Shown here: positions 15,379-26,200 of the stretch, one piece after another | How the letters are laid out: each line of letters begins with the position of its first letter | How positions within the stretch are numbered: the stretch's first letter is position 1 | Source of the DNA: Planctomycetota bacterium | GTDB taxonomy: Bacteria > Planctomycetota > SZUA-567 > H5-PLA8 | Direction of reading: 5' to 3' | Assembly: GCA_038227875.1 (NCBI GenBank) | Contig: JBBRPR010000036.1 | Span: forward strand, 1 to 64,000 | DNA length: 64,000 nucleotides | Notes under the pieces: generated by a model | Database searches by the model: none | What the model saw: only the letters and a program-made list of their open reading frames with translations | What the model was told of the DNA's origin: nothing | Position numbers and translations under genes: made by a program

Positions 15379-17085
15379 ATGCGAATTGCTCTGGTCACGG
15401 GTGTACTGTTGTCACTTTTTTGCGGCGGCGCGGAAGCAGCGCAGAGCCACTCCGCCGCAACAGCTCCCGGCGCCACCGTCGACGACGGACAACGCGCCGC
15501 CAATCGCGCCCAACGCGCGTCGACCGCCAAGGAGTACCTCGACGCAAAAAAGTCCGCCGAAAACACCTGCCTCACCTCTTTAGCAGGAATCGCGCGCTGG
15601 CTGGTCACGCTCAACGCCAAGGCCGATGCCAAACAGATCGTGAGCGAGATCCGGGACGCCGACCCGAAGTTCACCGGACTGGCGCAGTTGGAGAAGCTCG
15701 TCGACGACATTGCCCAGCCGACCGTGCTCGATGAAAAAAAGAAACACGAACTCGCGACCCGCAAGACCAGCGCGCAGCACCAGAAGGCCGCCGCGCTGCT
15801 GGAACTGGCCGGACGCTGCTACCGCGCAGAGTTAATGGGCTACGCGTACGACGTGGCGTGGGCGGCGCTCGACGCCGACCCGGACAACACCATCGCGCGC
15901 TCGGCGATGGGCCAGACGAAAGTCGGCGACAAATGGTACACGCCGTACGAAGCCGCGGCGTTGGGTGAAGGCAACGTCTATGTCGCCGAAGCCGGCTGGG
16001 TGCCCAAGGACAGCCAGAAGCGCGTGGCCGCGGGTGAATGGTACGAAAACGGCAAGTGGATGACGCTGGCCGACGCCAACAAGCTTCACGCCAATTCCGC
16101 GACGCCGTGGACGATCGAGACTGACAATTTCATTCTAAAGTCGACGGCGACGCGCAAGCAGGCCATCTTCATCGCGGAGAAACTGGAAGCGATCCGCGAG
16201 CTCTGTTTCCGCGAGTACCTCGAATTTTTCCTGCGCGGCTCGAAGAAGGCCGGCGGGCAGATGCTCTTCAACAAACCGTTCGCCAAAAAGCTGATCGTGA
16301 ACTACGCCGGCAACAAGAGTGGTTTTGAGCAGGAGATCAGCGCGTCCGCCATTCCGGCGGAACACAAAGGATTGCTCCTCCGCTCCGCCGGTTTCTATTC
16401 AGGGCATGTTCACGCCTCGTTCTTCTACTACGATCCCAATTTCGGGCCGTTCCAGGTCTCGGTGATGCAGCACGAAGTCACGCATCAGATCCTCGGCGAA
16501 TACTCCAACGGCAGCGCGCTCTTTCCGTGGCTGTCCGAGGGCGTCGCGGAAGTGCTCGAAGCCGCCGCGCCCAACTCCGCCGGCCGCATTCTTCTGCCGC
16601 ACGGCTACGAGCATCCCGATGTCATTGCGGCCGCCGAAATGGCGCGGCGCAACACGCTGCCCGACCTCACCAAGTTGACCGCGCTGACACGCGAAGGTTT
16701 TCACAACGAAGCCGTGCGCAGCATCAACTACCAGGTCTCCGGCGCGTTCTGCCGCTTCCTGCTGGAGTACAAAAACGGTGCGTACGCCGCGGACTTTCTG
16801 GAATTCCTCTACGACAGTTACCAGCAACGCGCGTCGAACAATCTCCAGAAGTACATGGATCTGGACATCGCTGCGCTCGACAAAGAATTCCGAGTGTACC
16901 TCGCCGGTTGCGATTCGAGCTACTCGCGCCGCGAGGTTGCCGACCGCCCCGTGAAGAAAGCTGCCGCGGGCGGATCGACGCCGTCGCGTGACGCCGCGAA
17001 AAAGTCCGAGCCGCTTAAGAGCAAGGACGCCGAAAACGGCGGCGGACTGAACACCGACGACCCCTTCAAACGCAACGAGAATTGA
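15379..17085 (+). CDS. Secreted gluzincin-like (DUF1570-like) protein
   Basis: Signal peptide MRIALVTGVLLSLFCGGAEA with GGGGAG RBS; ALDADPDNTIARSAMG...W motif; WTIETDNFILKS; MQHEVTHQIL plus FPWLSEGVAEVLE. Confidence 0.85.
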   Translation: MRIALVTGVLLSLFCGGAEAAQSHSAATAPGATVDDGQRAANRAQRASTAKEYLDAKKSAENTCLTSLAGIARWLVTLNAKADAKQIVSEIRDADPKFTGLAQLEKLVDDIAQPTVLDEKKKHELATRKTSAQHQKAAALLELAGRCYRAELMGYAYDVAWAALDADPDNTIARSAMGQTKVGDKWYTPYEAAALGEGNVYVAEAGWVPKDSQKRVAAGEWYENGKWMTLADANKLHANSATPWTIETDNFILKSTATRKQAIFIAEKLEAIRELCFREYLEFFLRGSKKAGGQMLFNKPFAKKLIVNYAGNKSGFEQEISASAIPAEHKGLLLRSAGFYSGHVHASFFYYDPNFGPFQVSVMQHEVTHQILGEYSNGSALFPWLSEGVAEVLEAAAPNSAGRILLPHGYEHPDVIAAAEMARRNTLPDLTKLTALTREGFHNEAVRSINYQVSGAFCRFLLEYKNGAYAADFLEFLYDSYQQRASNNLQKYMDLDIAALDKEFRVYLAGCDSSYSRREVADRPVKKAAAGGSTPSRDAAKKSEPLKSKDAENGGGLNTDDPFKRNEN

Positions 17086-17109
17086 GATTGGGAAGAGCAA
17101 CGGGTGGCT

Positions 17110-17166
17110 AACGAGATCGATGGTTTTTGGTGGTCAATTTGCGACCACGAATTCGCGCACAATGTG
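17110..17166. repeat. ~57-bp dispersed intergenic repeat, copy 1
   Basis: AACGAG-N5-TGGTTTTTGGTGGT...TTTGCGACCAC-N6-GCGCACAATGTG; matches 28867-28926. Confidence 0.75.
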
Positions 17167-17288
17167 AGAGCGCTTCCGTTACAGCGCTCTCATCAAGTGT
17201 GCTCAACGAGCAACAGTGAGAACCGTTGGTAAGTATTTTTAATAGGAGACTGCCGTTGAAAGTGGATTGGTGGCCGTTCAGGGCTGAT

Positions 17289-18716
17289 TCACTTCTGCGA
17301 TAACTTTTCAAGCCACTTGGGATCGAGAGTTCCAGCGATTTGGACGCCCGTTAAGGTGTAACTCGTGTCGTGAAACGCCCCGATCGCACAGCAGTGCTGG
17401 TCATTGTCCGCTTTTAAATCGTACTCAATAATATCGTTGCCATTGGTCTTTGCGCTGAGGTGCCGGTCGGCGCAAATTGCCTGGAACCGGCCTGTCGCAG
17501 GTCTACTCGTGGGCTTGGTGAGCAGCACCGTAGTGTTGATATCGATTTTTCGAACCGCAGCTTCGTTGGTGACAAATACTTTGGTTGGAGAATCGGGCGA
17601 CGTTGTGATTGCGAACGCCACTGCCAGCGTGCCTTTCAGATCCTTGTACGCGACATCGATCGACAAATTCCTGGAACTAAACCGGTTTGAAATCAGATGG
17701 TCGCCGAAGGGGTCGCCGTTCGCGATCTGAATTCCGCCCTTGATCCACTTCACGGAGTTGTATTCGTGTCGAAGGGTTATTTCGAAATCCTGCAGCTGAT
17801 CCAGGGTGGAGAAATCATAGGCGACGGTGATGGCTTTGGTATTCGCGGCGTAGGAAAGAATTTTCCCTTTAAACGCGGCCTGGACCCGAGGGTCCATTCC
17901 CGGTGTGTCGGCAACTGGCGTCGCGATTTTCGTCGGCGTTTCCGGGGGAAGGGGGGATGCAAGGGGCGGCGGCTTTGCAATCTCATTTGGCTTCGCAACG
18001 TCATTCGACTTTACTACTGTACGCTCGTCGTTGGCCTTCACTTGTGGCCGGCGATTGGCGATCAGAAATACAGTTCCCAGAACGATCAGCGTTCCCACTC
18101 CAGCGATCGCGGCAATGAGCGGGCTAAACCCGGCCTTGTTCGAAGATCGCTCATGACCCGCGGACGGCAGCGGGTGCGATTCTGCGCGTTTGACAGGCGA
18201 CATGCCAATTTTTGACCCGTGCCGGACAGGTTTGGAATCCCCGTGGGGAATTTTGTTCATCGGCGTTGCGCTGCCACTGGGAGGTTTGAAATCCCCCGAC
18301 GGGATTTTGTTCAGCAGCGTGGCGTTGCCGCCGGATTTGCGAACAGGCTTGCGCAGTTCCACTTCAGAAATTGCGTCGAACTCCTGAGTCGTGACGCCCA
18401 CGGCGCAGGTCTTGCAGAAGATCCCCTTGAGCTTCTTGTCGCGACCGAGGCCCTCCAGGATCTGCTTGTCGGTAATCCGCTTTCCGCAGGTCTCGCAGAA
18501 GTAGAACTTGGTAACGCCGTGTGACGGCGCAGGCTCGCTTACGGGAGCGAATTCTCCCGTTGGCTCATCGGGACCGACGACTTTGGTGGGATGGACGTTT
18601 CGAGGTGGCGTTTCTTTATGCAACGGAGCGCATTGGACACAGTAGTTCTTGCCATCGTGGGTGAAAGAATTCGTCCCGACGCGGTCGCCACAAATGGCGC
18701 AAAACATATTTTCCAT
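17289..18716 (-). CDS. Membrane protein: two N-terminal CxxC..CxxC zinc fingers, disordered linker, TM, C-terminal ConA/DUF1080-like beta-sandwich
   Basis: CAICG-...-YCVQC and CETCG-...-FCKTC; TM LIAAIAGVGTLIVLGTVFLIA; C-terminal YDFSTLDQLQDF...beta strands. Start set at MENMF because the longer ORF runs through a terminator. Confidence 0.75.
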   Translation of the reverse strand: MENMFCAICGDRVGTNSFTHDGKNYCVQCAPLHKETPPRNVHPTKVVGPDEPTGEFAPVSEPAPSHGVTKFYFCETCGKRITDKQILEGLGRDKKLKGIFCKTCAVGVTTQEFDAISEVELRKPVRKSGGNATLLNKIPSGDFKPPSGSATPMNKIPHGDSKPVRHGSKIGMSPVKRAESHPLPSAGHERSSNKAGFSPLIAAIAGVGTLIVLGTVFLIANRRPQVKANDERTVVKSNDVAKPNEIAKPPPLASPLPPETPTKIATPVADTPGMDPRVQAAFKGKILSYAANTKAITVAYDFSTLDQLQDFEITLRHEYNSVKWIKGGIQIANGDPFGDHLISNRFSSRNLSIDVAYKDLKGTLAVAFAITTSPDSPTKVFVTNEAAVRKIDINTTVLLTKPTSRPATGRFQAICADRHLSAKTNGNDIIEYDLKADNDQHCCAIGAFHDTSYTLTGVQIAGTLDPKWLEKLSQK

Positions 18717-18905
18717 CAATATGGGTCTCTTGGCGAACGCTCCGAAGTGCGACAGTGAGAGAGGACCCTGACTGCGTAGCAAGCAATCTACCATATCACC
18801 AGGTAAGTCATCAAACTTCATTGCGGCGGCATTTGTCGCTCGGCAATACGGCCCGCTCCCTCTTTCTGTTGAAGAAATTGAACACAAACCCGAGTTGCAG
18901 AAACG

Positions 18906-18938
18906 AAAAAGCCCGGCGCTGTTAACGCCGGGCTTTTT
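18906..18938. terminator. Intrinsic terminator (bidirectional form) after the TM2 gene
   Basis: AAAAAGCCCGGCG-CTGTTAA-CGCCGGGCTTTTT. Confidence 0.85.
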
Positions 18939-18992
18939 CAAAGTCATTCGCAAGAGCAGCAATGAGAACTGCTGTTTGCTGCCGGCTTGGAT

Positions 18993-19220
18993 TTAGAACC
19001 AACCCTTGCGGCCGGTCACGTACGTCGCATCGAATTCTTCGTCGCTCTTGGTCAAATAGATCACGCCTTCGACCAGTCCGATGATTCCCGAAACTCCAAC
19101 ACAGCACAGAAGAAGTTGGATCACTCCCTCTTTCGTGTAACCCAAGTAGAATTTGTGAACTCCCAATCCGCCCAACAGAATTGCGAGAACACCTGCCGTT
19201 ACCCGTTTGCCTGAAGCCAT
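18993..19220 (-). CDS. TM2 domain membrane protein
   Basis: KRVTAGVLAILLGGLGVHKFYLGYTKEGVIQLLL...IIGLVEGVIYLTKSDEEF; AGGAGGAG RBS. Confidence 0.93.
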   Translation of the reverse strand: MASGKRVTAGVLAILLGGLGVHKFYLGYTKEGVIQLLLCCVGVSGIIGLVEGVIYLTKSDEEFDATYVTGRKGWF

Positions 19221-19450
19221 GGCTCCTCCTGTGATCGCACTTTTATCTACATGAAATGAGCACGTGAACCTAACCGCAAATGACGGCGAGTCAAGCCACT
19301 GAAACGAAGGAAATCCACCGAAAATGCATAGGCTATTTTATTTCTTATTACAGGTTTGATCGCACTGCATTTTACTCTCCCGACTCCCGCTTGTAGATTC
19401 CTTCCACGCCGTTTATCACACACGCCACTGACACACGGGTTGGGTCTCTC

Positions 19451-22400
19451 ATGTCCGGCAGCACACTCCATCTCAGCACCCTGCTGGAACCCCTCGCCGA
19501 GAAACTCGACGCGCTGCTGCGGCAGGAAGCCGCCGCGCTGAAAGATCCGTTTGTCCCCGCCACGATCATTGTGCCCAGCGCCGACGTGCGCACGTGGCTG
19601 CAACTGTACCTCGCCCGCAAGCAGAACGTCGCGATCAACCTGCGCCTCCAGTATCTCGAAAACGCGCTCTGGGAAATTCTCGGCGAGATGACCACGATGC
19701 GCGATCCCGTCGCGCGGCTTGAGCATGAAAACTACCGGCTGCTGATCCTCTCGATTCTGCTCGAAGAAACCGTCACCGATCCGGCGCTTCAGCCGGTCGC
19801 GGCGTATCTGGGCAAGAAGGATTTGAAGCAGCGCGAATACTGCCGGCGGGTCTGGGATCTCGCCGACCAGCTCGCGCGGTTGATCCGCGATTACGAGTAC
19901 CACCGCCAGGACGATTTCATCCAGAAATGGATCAAGCAGCAGTCCGCGCTCTCCGGCGTAGCCGGCATCACGCCCGATGCGCTGGCGCTGGAACGCTGCC
20001 AGCGCGCGCTCTTTGCGAAAATCATCGACGAGAAAACCGGACTGCGCGCGCGGCTATCCAAACATCATGGCATCACGTTCAAAACGCTGCCGCAATATGC
20101 GCAGGAAGTAATGGAGCGGCCGTTGCGCGAGCGGGAAGAATGGCCGCAGAGTCTGCAGACCCGGCCGGTTCACCTCTTCGGCGTCGCGCAGATTTCGCCC
20201 TACCATATTCGCGTGCTGCGCTGGCTCAGCTCACACCTGACCGTGCGCATCTACCACGTCAACCCGCTGGTCTCGCGGCTCGATCCAAAACTGTGCGCAA
20301 AGGATGGTTTCAAGGCGCTTAACGAAACGGCCAAACGCTTCGACCATCCGCACCGCGCCAAAAAAGCGCCCGGTGACGAATTGCTCGGCTCGTGGGGACA
20401 GGCCGCCGCCGCCAGTTTTCATCGCATGTCGGAACTGCTCGCTTCGGGCGACAGCAAACCGCTGACGTGCGAACTGCTCCTGCCCGCCGAGCGCAAACCG
20501 CGCGGCGTGTTGCAGCGCGTCCAGAACGATCTGCTCGCGCATCCCGAGAAAAAGCATCTGCGCCTGGGACAGGACGTCTCCGTCCAGATCGCCGCGTGCC
20601 CGGGAATCGTCCGCGAAGTCGAAACAGTCTGGAACAGCATCGTCGCCAATCTACTCCGCGATAAGGAACTGCGCCTCAGCGACATCGCCGTCCTGGTACC
20701 GCGCATGGCGCTGTATCGGCCCGTGATTCAGACCATTTTCGATCGCGACGTTCAACACATGGCCACCGGCGCGCGCATCCGTCCGCCGATCGCCTACAAT
20801 CTCGGCGACTGCCGCGCGTCGGAGTTGAGCGTCTTCGGCCAGGCATTGATGGCGATGTTCGACGCCGCGCTCGACGGCTTCCCGCGCACGCGCGTTCTGG
20901 ATGTCTTGTCGAACCCCTGCTTCCTCGCGCGCCTTCACGCCGCGCCGGAACAAACGGCGGTGTGGCTCAACTGGGCCGAGCAGCTGGGCATCTATCACGG
21001 CTGGGATCAGCGCGACAAGAAGGAGTCCGGCTATACCGACTCGCCGCTCTATTCGTGGCGGCGCGCACTGCAGCGCTTGCGGCTGGGGCGCATCATGGAG
21101 ACGCCCAGCGGTTCGCCCGACGAGCCGCTGCCGTCGTACCGCGAAATCGTGCCGTATGCCGATCTCGAAAGCGGCGACGCGGAGCAACTCAACGCGTTCT
21201 GCCGCGCCGTCGAAGAGCTCCTGCCGCGCTTGACCGAATTTCGCCGCAAGCCCGCGACCGGCGCGGAATGGGCGCAACGCCTGCGCGAACTGCTCGTCGA
21301 TTTTCTCGACATTCCCGAAGACCGCGAAGACGAGGCGGCTGTCCGCGCGGCGCTGCTCCGTTCGTTGGAACTGCTGGAGACACTCGACGGCGTCTCCACG
21401 AAAAGCGAGCAGCTCTCGCTGCCGCTCGTCCGCGAATTCATCGCCGCGCAGTTGGAAGACCTTGGCGTCGGAAACGCCACGGGCCGTTACGGCTGCGTGA
21501 CCATCACCGCGCTCCAATCGGCGCGGCCGCTGCCCTTCAAAATCGTCTACGTGCTGGGACTCGGCGAAGGGCTTTTTCCCGGCCCGGAAATCAGCTCGCC
21601 CTTCGATCTGCGCGAACGCAAGCGTCTCCCCGTCGACATCCGTTCCAGCGACGCGCAACGCCTGCAATTCCTCGACGTCCTCGCCGCCACGCGTCAGAAG
21701 CTCTACCTCCTATATAGCAGCAAGGAATTGCAGAAGGATCAGACGCTTTATCCCTGCTCGCTGATCAACCAGCTCCGCACGTACATCGACGATCGCGTGC
21801 TGCCGGCGTTCAATCCGGAAAAGATGCCGCTCTTTGGCGAGGAATTTAAAGCCAACGACGGTTTCATCGACGCGCAGATCCCGCTTAACGGACACGATCC
21901 CAAGTTTCTGCAGGAAGCCGGCGAGGAGCAGCAGTATTGCGATCTGGCCACGAATGTCCGCCGCGCCGATCGCGTGCTCGCCTTGCAGGAAGCGCTCGCC
22001 GCCGGCCAGCTCGATCTGGGACTCTCAGCTGAAGCCACGCAATCGCGCGTCGCGGCGCTGGCGAATGCGTCGCGCGGAGAACTCCTGCAGTCGTCCGGAA
22101 CGAACTCCGCCGATCCGCAGACGATCGCGCGCGTAACGCTGCGTGATCTGCGTTACTACCTTGAAAATCCCGCGCGCGCGGCCCTGCGCCGGCATCTCCG
22201 CGTTCAGACCGAATTCGATCTGGAGGCCAGCGACGACGAGCCGTTCTACACCGACGACCGCGAGACCGATGCCGTGGTCCAGACCGCGCTGCAGCGCTTC
22301 GTCGCGAAGGCTTCCGTTCCCGACGCGCCGGAGCCGGATTACAATTCGGAATTCGCGGAAGCATACGAAGACCGACGCCGCATGGGGCTGGCGCCCGATG

Positions 22401-23278
22401 GCGATTTCGCGGCCGCCGATCGCGCGCGGCTGCGCGCGGTGCTCCGCCAGCGCATTGAAGGCGTGACCGGTTCGCTCTCCGAATTTGTCGACACGCGCGG
22501 CAAGCCCGCGTTTCTCGGACGCATACAGATCGGCCAGAGCCGCGTGCCGGCTGGCGCGCAGCTCCACTTTCCCGCGCTTCGCATCCCGCTCGAACGCGGC
22601 GGTGCGCCGCTGGATGTTCAGGTCAGTGGATCGTGGGACTTGGTCTGGCGCGCCAGCGACCGCCTCGATCTCGCCGTCGTGCTTCATGGAAGCGACGACA
22701 TCGACGGCCGGGAACTCTCCAAGCATCTCTTCGAACCGGTGCTCTTCTACCTGGCGCTGCTGGCCGGCGAGGACAAAAACGCAGGCGGACAATCCTCGTC
22801 GGAATGGGTCGGCGCGCGGCCGCTTCGCTTATCAGTGGCGTTCGATACAAACATCGCCGAATTTACCTATGCAGGCATCGAACCGGATGCGGCGCGCGCG
22901 TATTTGAAATCGCTCGCCGCCGATTTCCTTGCGACGGGCACGTTCGATAACTTGCCATTCAAAACCGCCAGCCACCGGACGCTGAACGCGGCTTATATGG
23001 GAGAAGACGGCCCGGAACTGAGCACGCTGCGCCAATATTATGTCGAGCGTTTTCAAACTGCGCTCGATCAGGAATTCGACACGGAAAACACCGGCGAGCC
23101 GCGCATCGATCCGCTCGAATTGATCGAACTGCATGTACCCGACGACGCGTTCGAGAAAATCCGCCGCCGCTTCCGCCTGCTGGATCTCGGACCGCGCGTC
23201 AATCGCAACGCCGCCGCTGAAGAAAAATCCAAGCCGCGCGCCACCGGCACGATTACGGGGAGCGCCAAAAAGAAATGA
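19451..23278 (+). CDS. recC: Exodeoxyribonuclease V gamma subunit
   Basis: DPFVPATIIVPS...WLQLYLA, LLGSWG, DVSVQIAAC..REVE, DIAVLVP, RPLPFKIVYVLGL..G.FP, YLENPARA; first gene of an overlapping recCBD operon. Confidence 0.92.
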   Translation: MSGSTLHLSTLLEPLAEKLDALLRQEAAALKDPFVPATIIVPSADVRTWLQLYLARKQNVAINLRLQYLENALWEILGEMTTMRDPVARLEHENYRLLILSILLEETVTDPALQPVAAYLGKKDLKQREYCRRVWDLADQLARLIRDYEYHRQDDFIQKWIKQQSALSGVAGITPDALALERCQRALFAKIIDEKTGLRARLSKHHGITFKTLPQYAQEVMERPLREREEWPQSLQTRPVHLFGVAQISPYHIRVLRWLSSHLTVRIYHVNPLVSRLDPKLCAKDGFKALNETAKRFDHPHRAKKAPGDELLGSWGQAAAASFHRMSELLASGDSKPLTCELLLPAERKPRGVLQRVQNDLLAHPEKKHLRLGQDVSVQIAACPGIVREVETVWNSIVANLLRDKELRLSDIAVLVPRMALYRPVIQTIFDRDVQHMATGARIRPPIAYNLGDCRASELSVFGQALMAMFDAALDGFPRTRVLDVLSNPCFLARLHAAPEQTAVWLNWAEQLGIYHGWDQRDKKESGYTDSPLYSWRRALQRLRLGRIMETPSGSPDEPLPSYREIVPYADLESGDAEQLNAFCRAVEELLPRLTEFRRKPATGAEWAQRLRELLVDFLDIPEDREDEAAVRAALLRSLELLETLDGVSTKSEQLSLPLVREFIAAQLEDLGVGNATGRYGCVTITALQSARPLPFKIVYVLGLGEGLFPGPEISSPFDLRERKRLPVDIRSSDAQRLQFLDVLAATRQKLYLLYSSKELQKDQTLYPCSLINQLRTYIDDRVLPAFNPEKMPLFGEEFKANDGFIDAQIPLNGHDPKFLQEAGEEQQYCDLATNVRRADRVLALQEALAAGQLDLGLSAEATQSRVAALANASRGELLQSSGTNSADPQTIARVTLRDLRYYLENPARAALRRHLRVQTEFDLEASDDEPFYTDDRETDAVVQTALQRFVAKASVPDAPEPDYNSEFAEAYEDRRRMGLAPDGDFAAADRARLRAVLRQRIEGVTGSLSEFVDTRGKPAFLGRIQIGQSRVPAGAQLHFPALRIPLERGGAPLDVQVSGSWDLVWRASDRLDLAVVLHGSDDIDGRELSKHLFEPVLFYLALLAGEDKNAGGQSSSEWVGARPLRLSVAFDTNIAEFTYAGIEPDAARAYLKSLAADFLATGTFDNLPFKTASHRTLNAAYMGEDGPELSTLRQYYVERFQTALDQEFDTENTGEPRIDPLELIELHVPDDAFEKIRRRFRLLDLGPRVNRNAAAEEKSKPRATGTITGSAKKK

Positions 23279-26200
23279 GCGCACTCGATCAGATTAAACC
23301 CGGCTCGCACGCCATTTTCGAAGCCTCCGCCGGCACGGGAAAGACCTACACCGTCGAGCAGCTGGTACTCCGTTTCCTGCGCAATGGCGTGCCGCTCGAA
23401 CAGATTCTCATCGTCACGTACACGGAAAAAGCCGCGGCCGAATTGCAGGACCGTCTGCGCAGCGCGATCACCGCCGTCGCGCGCGACGTGACCCAGTCGT
23501 CAGAAACGATGACCCACGCGCTGGAACGCTACGACGACGCGCAGATTTTCACGATTCATGCGTTCTGCCTGCGCATCCTGCAGCAATTTCCGTTCGATCA
23601 CGGCCACAACCCGCGCGCCAAGATGACCGCCGACGACGAAGTGATGGCCGCGTGTCTGCGCGAAGTTCAGCGCGGCCAGTGGCCGGCCGCGTACCAGAAG
23701 GATCTGACCAGCCTGCTGGCCGTGGCGCGATTCAATCTCGACAGCGGCGGTTCCGAGTGGGATAAAAAAATCTCGCGGCTGGCCAACAGCTTCCGTCCCG
23801 ACTGCAATCACAAGCTGGAACCTGATCAGACGATCGCCGCCCAGGATCTGCGCGACCTGCGCGAGCATTTCACCGCGGAACTCGCGGAGATCACGCGCCT
23901 GGCCGGCGCGCACGATCCAAAAGCGCACTTGCACCAGCATCCGTTTTATGTCGGGTATGGGCAGCTCAAATTTAATTCGACCTGGCGCGATTCGCGCTGC
24001 CGTAAGTATCTCGTCCCGATCCTGCTGTGGATTTCGGATCCCGAATCCAAGGTGGACGCCATCGCCTCGTTCGCCCGTGCGTACAACGCGTGCATCAGCG
24101 CCGATAAAAAATTCGACGGGTTCGATGTTCTGTCGCGGGACGCCAAGCAGGTGAACACCGCCTGCCAGCATCTCGAAGAGATCTGCCAGCGCCTCGACGC
24201 GCTCCGGGCGCGGTTGGCGCAGATCGAATACGTCCTCGCCAGCGGCACCATCAAGGATCTGCTCAATCACATGGACCGCTACAAGCAGGAACGCGGCCTG
24301 CACAGCTTCGAGGATTTTCTCACGCGGGTTGCGCGCGCATTAAAGCCCGAATTCAATCCCCGCGCCGCGGATCTGATCCGCACGCTGCGGAAGAAGTACC
24401 GCGTCGCCATCGTCGACGAATTCCAGGACACCGATCCGCTGCAGTGGAGCATTTTCAAAACGATTTTCGTCGACGACACCGACGAGCACCAACTCGTTCT
24501 CGTCGGCGATCCGAAACAGGCGATCTACTCGTTCCGCAACGCCGACGTCAACACGTACCTGCAGGCCCGCGAGGAGCTCAAAATGCGCGGCGCCAACGTC
24601 GTGCGGCTGGAGACCAACTTCCGGTCCTGCGTGCCGCTGGTTCACGGGCTCAACACGCTCTTCCGCGACGGAACTTTCTTCCCGGGCAACTCGGGGATCG
24701 GCTACGACGACGTCCTGCCCGCGCCCGACGGTTCACGGCCGGAAACAACTCTCGATCAGACCGGCCGCAAGGCGATCACGGTCGTCAACTTTCCGCCCGA
24801 CACCAGCGGCGCGGCGGCGCGGCGCCAGATGTCGCAGTTTGTCGCTGAAGAAATCGCACGGCTGCTGCGGCCGCAGGCCGGCAAGCCGATGCTTGCGTTT
24901 GAAAATCGCGGCAAAGAGGAGATCGTCCGCGCCGACAGCATTGCGGTGCTGCTCTTCCGTCGCGCCGAATCCCGCTGGATCGAAGAACAGCTCCGCCAGC
25001 GCGGCATCCCGTTCATCTTCTATAAAAAGACCGGCATCTGGCAGTCGGACGAAGCGATCCACCTCAACATCGTCCTCAAGGCGCTCGCGCGCACCGACCA
25101 GCCCGCGCTCTTCCGCGAAATGCTGCTCACGCGCTTTTTCGGCGTGCGGCCCGAAGACGTCGCCGCCTTCGAACACTCGTCGCAAACCGATCTGCTCCAC
25201 CGGCTTTTCCTGCGCTGGCGGGAACTCTGCGACCGACGGCGCTGGGCGGAACTGTTCCGCTCCATTCTCGAAGACACCGGCACGCTCAGCGCCGAATTCG
25301 GAGCGTTCGACGGTTCGCGCCGCGTCGCCAACTTCCGCTACATCACGCAGGAACTTTCGCGCGCGGCGTACGAGCGCGGACTCTCGCTGATCGACATCGT
25401 CGACCTGCTTCAGCACAAACGCATGACGTCCGGCGAAGACGAATCCGGTCTGCAGCCGCTGGAGACCGAACGCCCGACCGTGAAGCTGATGACCATTCAC
25501 GCGAGCAAAGGGTTGGAATTTCCCATCGTCTTCCTCGCCGGCGGTTTCACGGGCAAAAAGGTCCGGTCGTTTTTGAAGTACCACGATGATTCCGGGCGGC
25601 TGGTCTTCAACCTCGACTCCAGCCACGAAGCCGGAAAAGAAAAAGCGAAACAGGAAGAGCGCGAGGAGTCTCACCGTCTGCTCTACGTCGCGCTGACGCG
25701 CGCGATGCTCAAACTTTACATCCCGAGCGTTCCCAAGTCGCGCTTCTCCGATGGCGTAGTTTCAGAAATCCTCACGCCCGCCTTGACCACAGCGAAGCTC
25801 GATCATTCGGAATACGCCGGGTTCATCCCACCGCCGCCCCGCGCGACTGCGGGCAGTCCGTCCACACCCGTGGCGGCCGTGATCGATGAACACCTAGTGA
25901 AAATCAAGCTCGCTGAACCGCTGATGCCCGGCGTCGATCTCGGGCGGCTCGCGTTGCGCCGCGTGGAATTGCAATCGTTCTCGCGGCTCGTTCATCACAC
26001 GCCGGTCGTGCAGATTCCCGTGCTCGATCGCCCCGCCCGCGCCGACGACGATGCGCGTCCCGAGGAGCTCGCCAAGGACGATCTGCCGCCCGGCGCGGCC
26101 GCCGGCGACGTGCTCCATTCACTGATCGAGACCATTGAGTTCGCCACCGTTCGCGACGCGACAGACAGCGCCGCGTTGCTCGTTGAGAAGAGCATCCCGC

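Noticed and set aside
18717..18962. N-terminal extension of the zinc-finger protein
   Set aside because: Runs through an intrinsic terminator; the paralogue at 36941 starts immediately before its finger.
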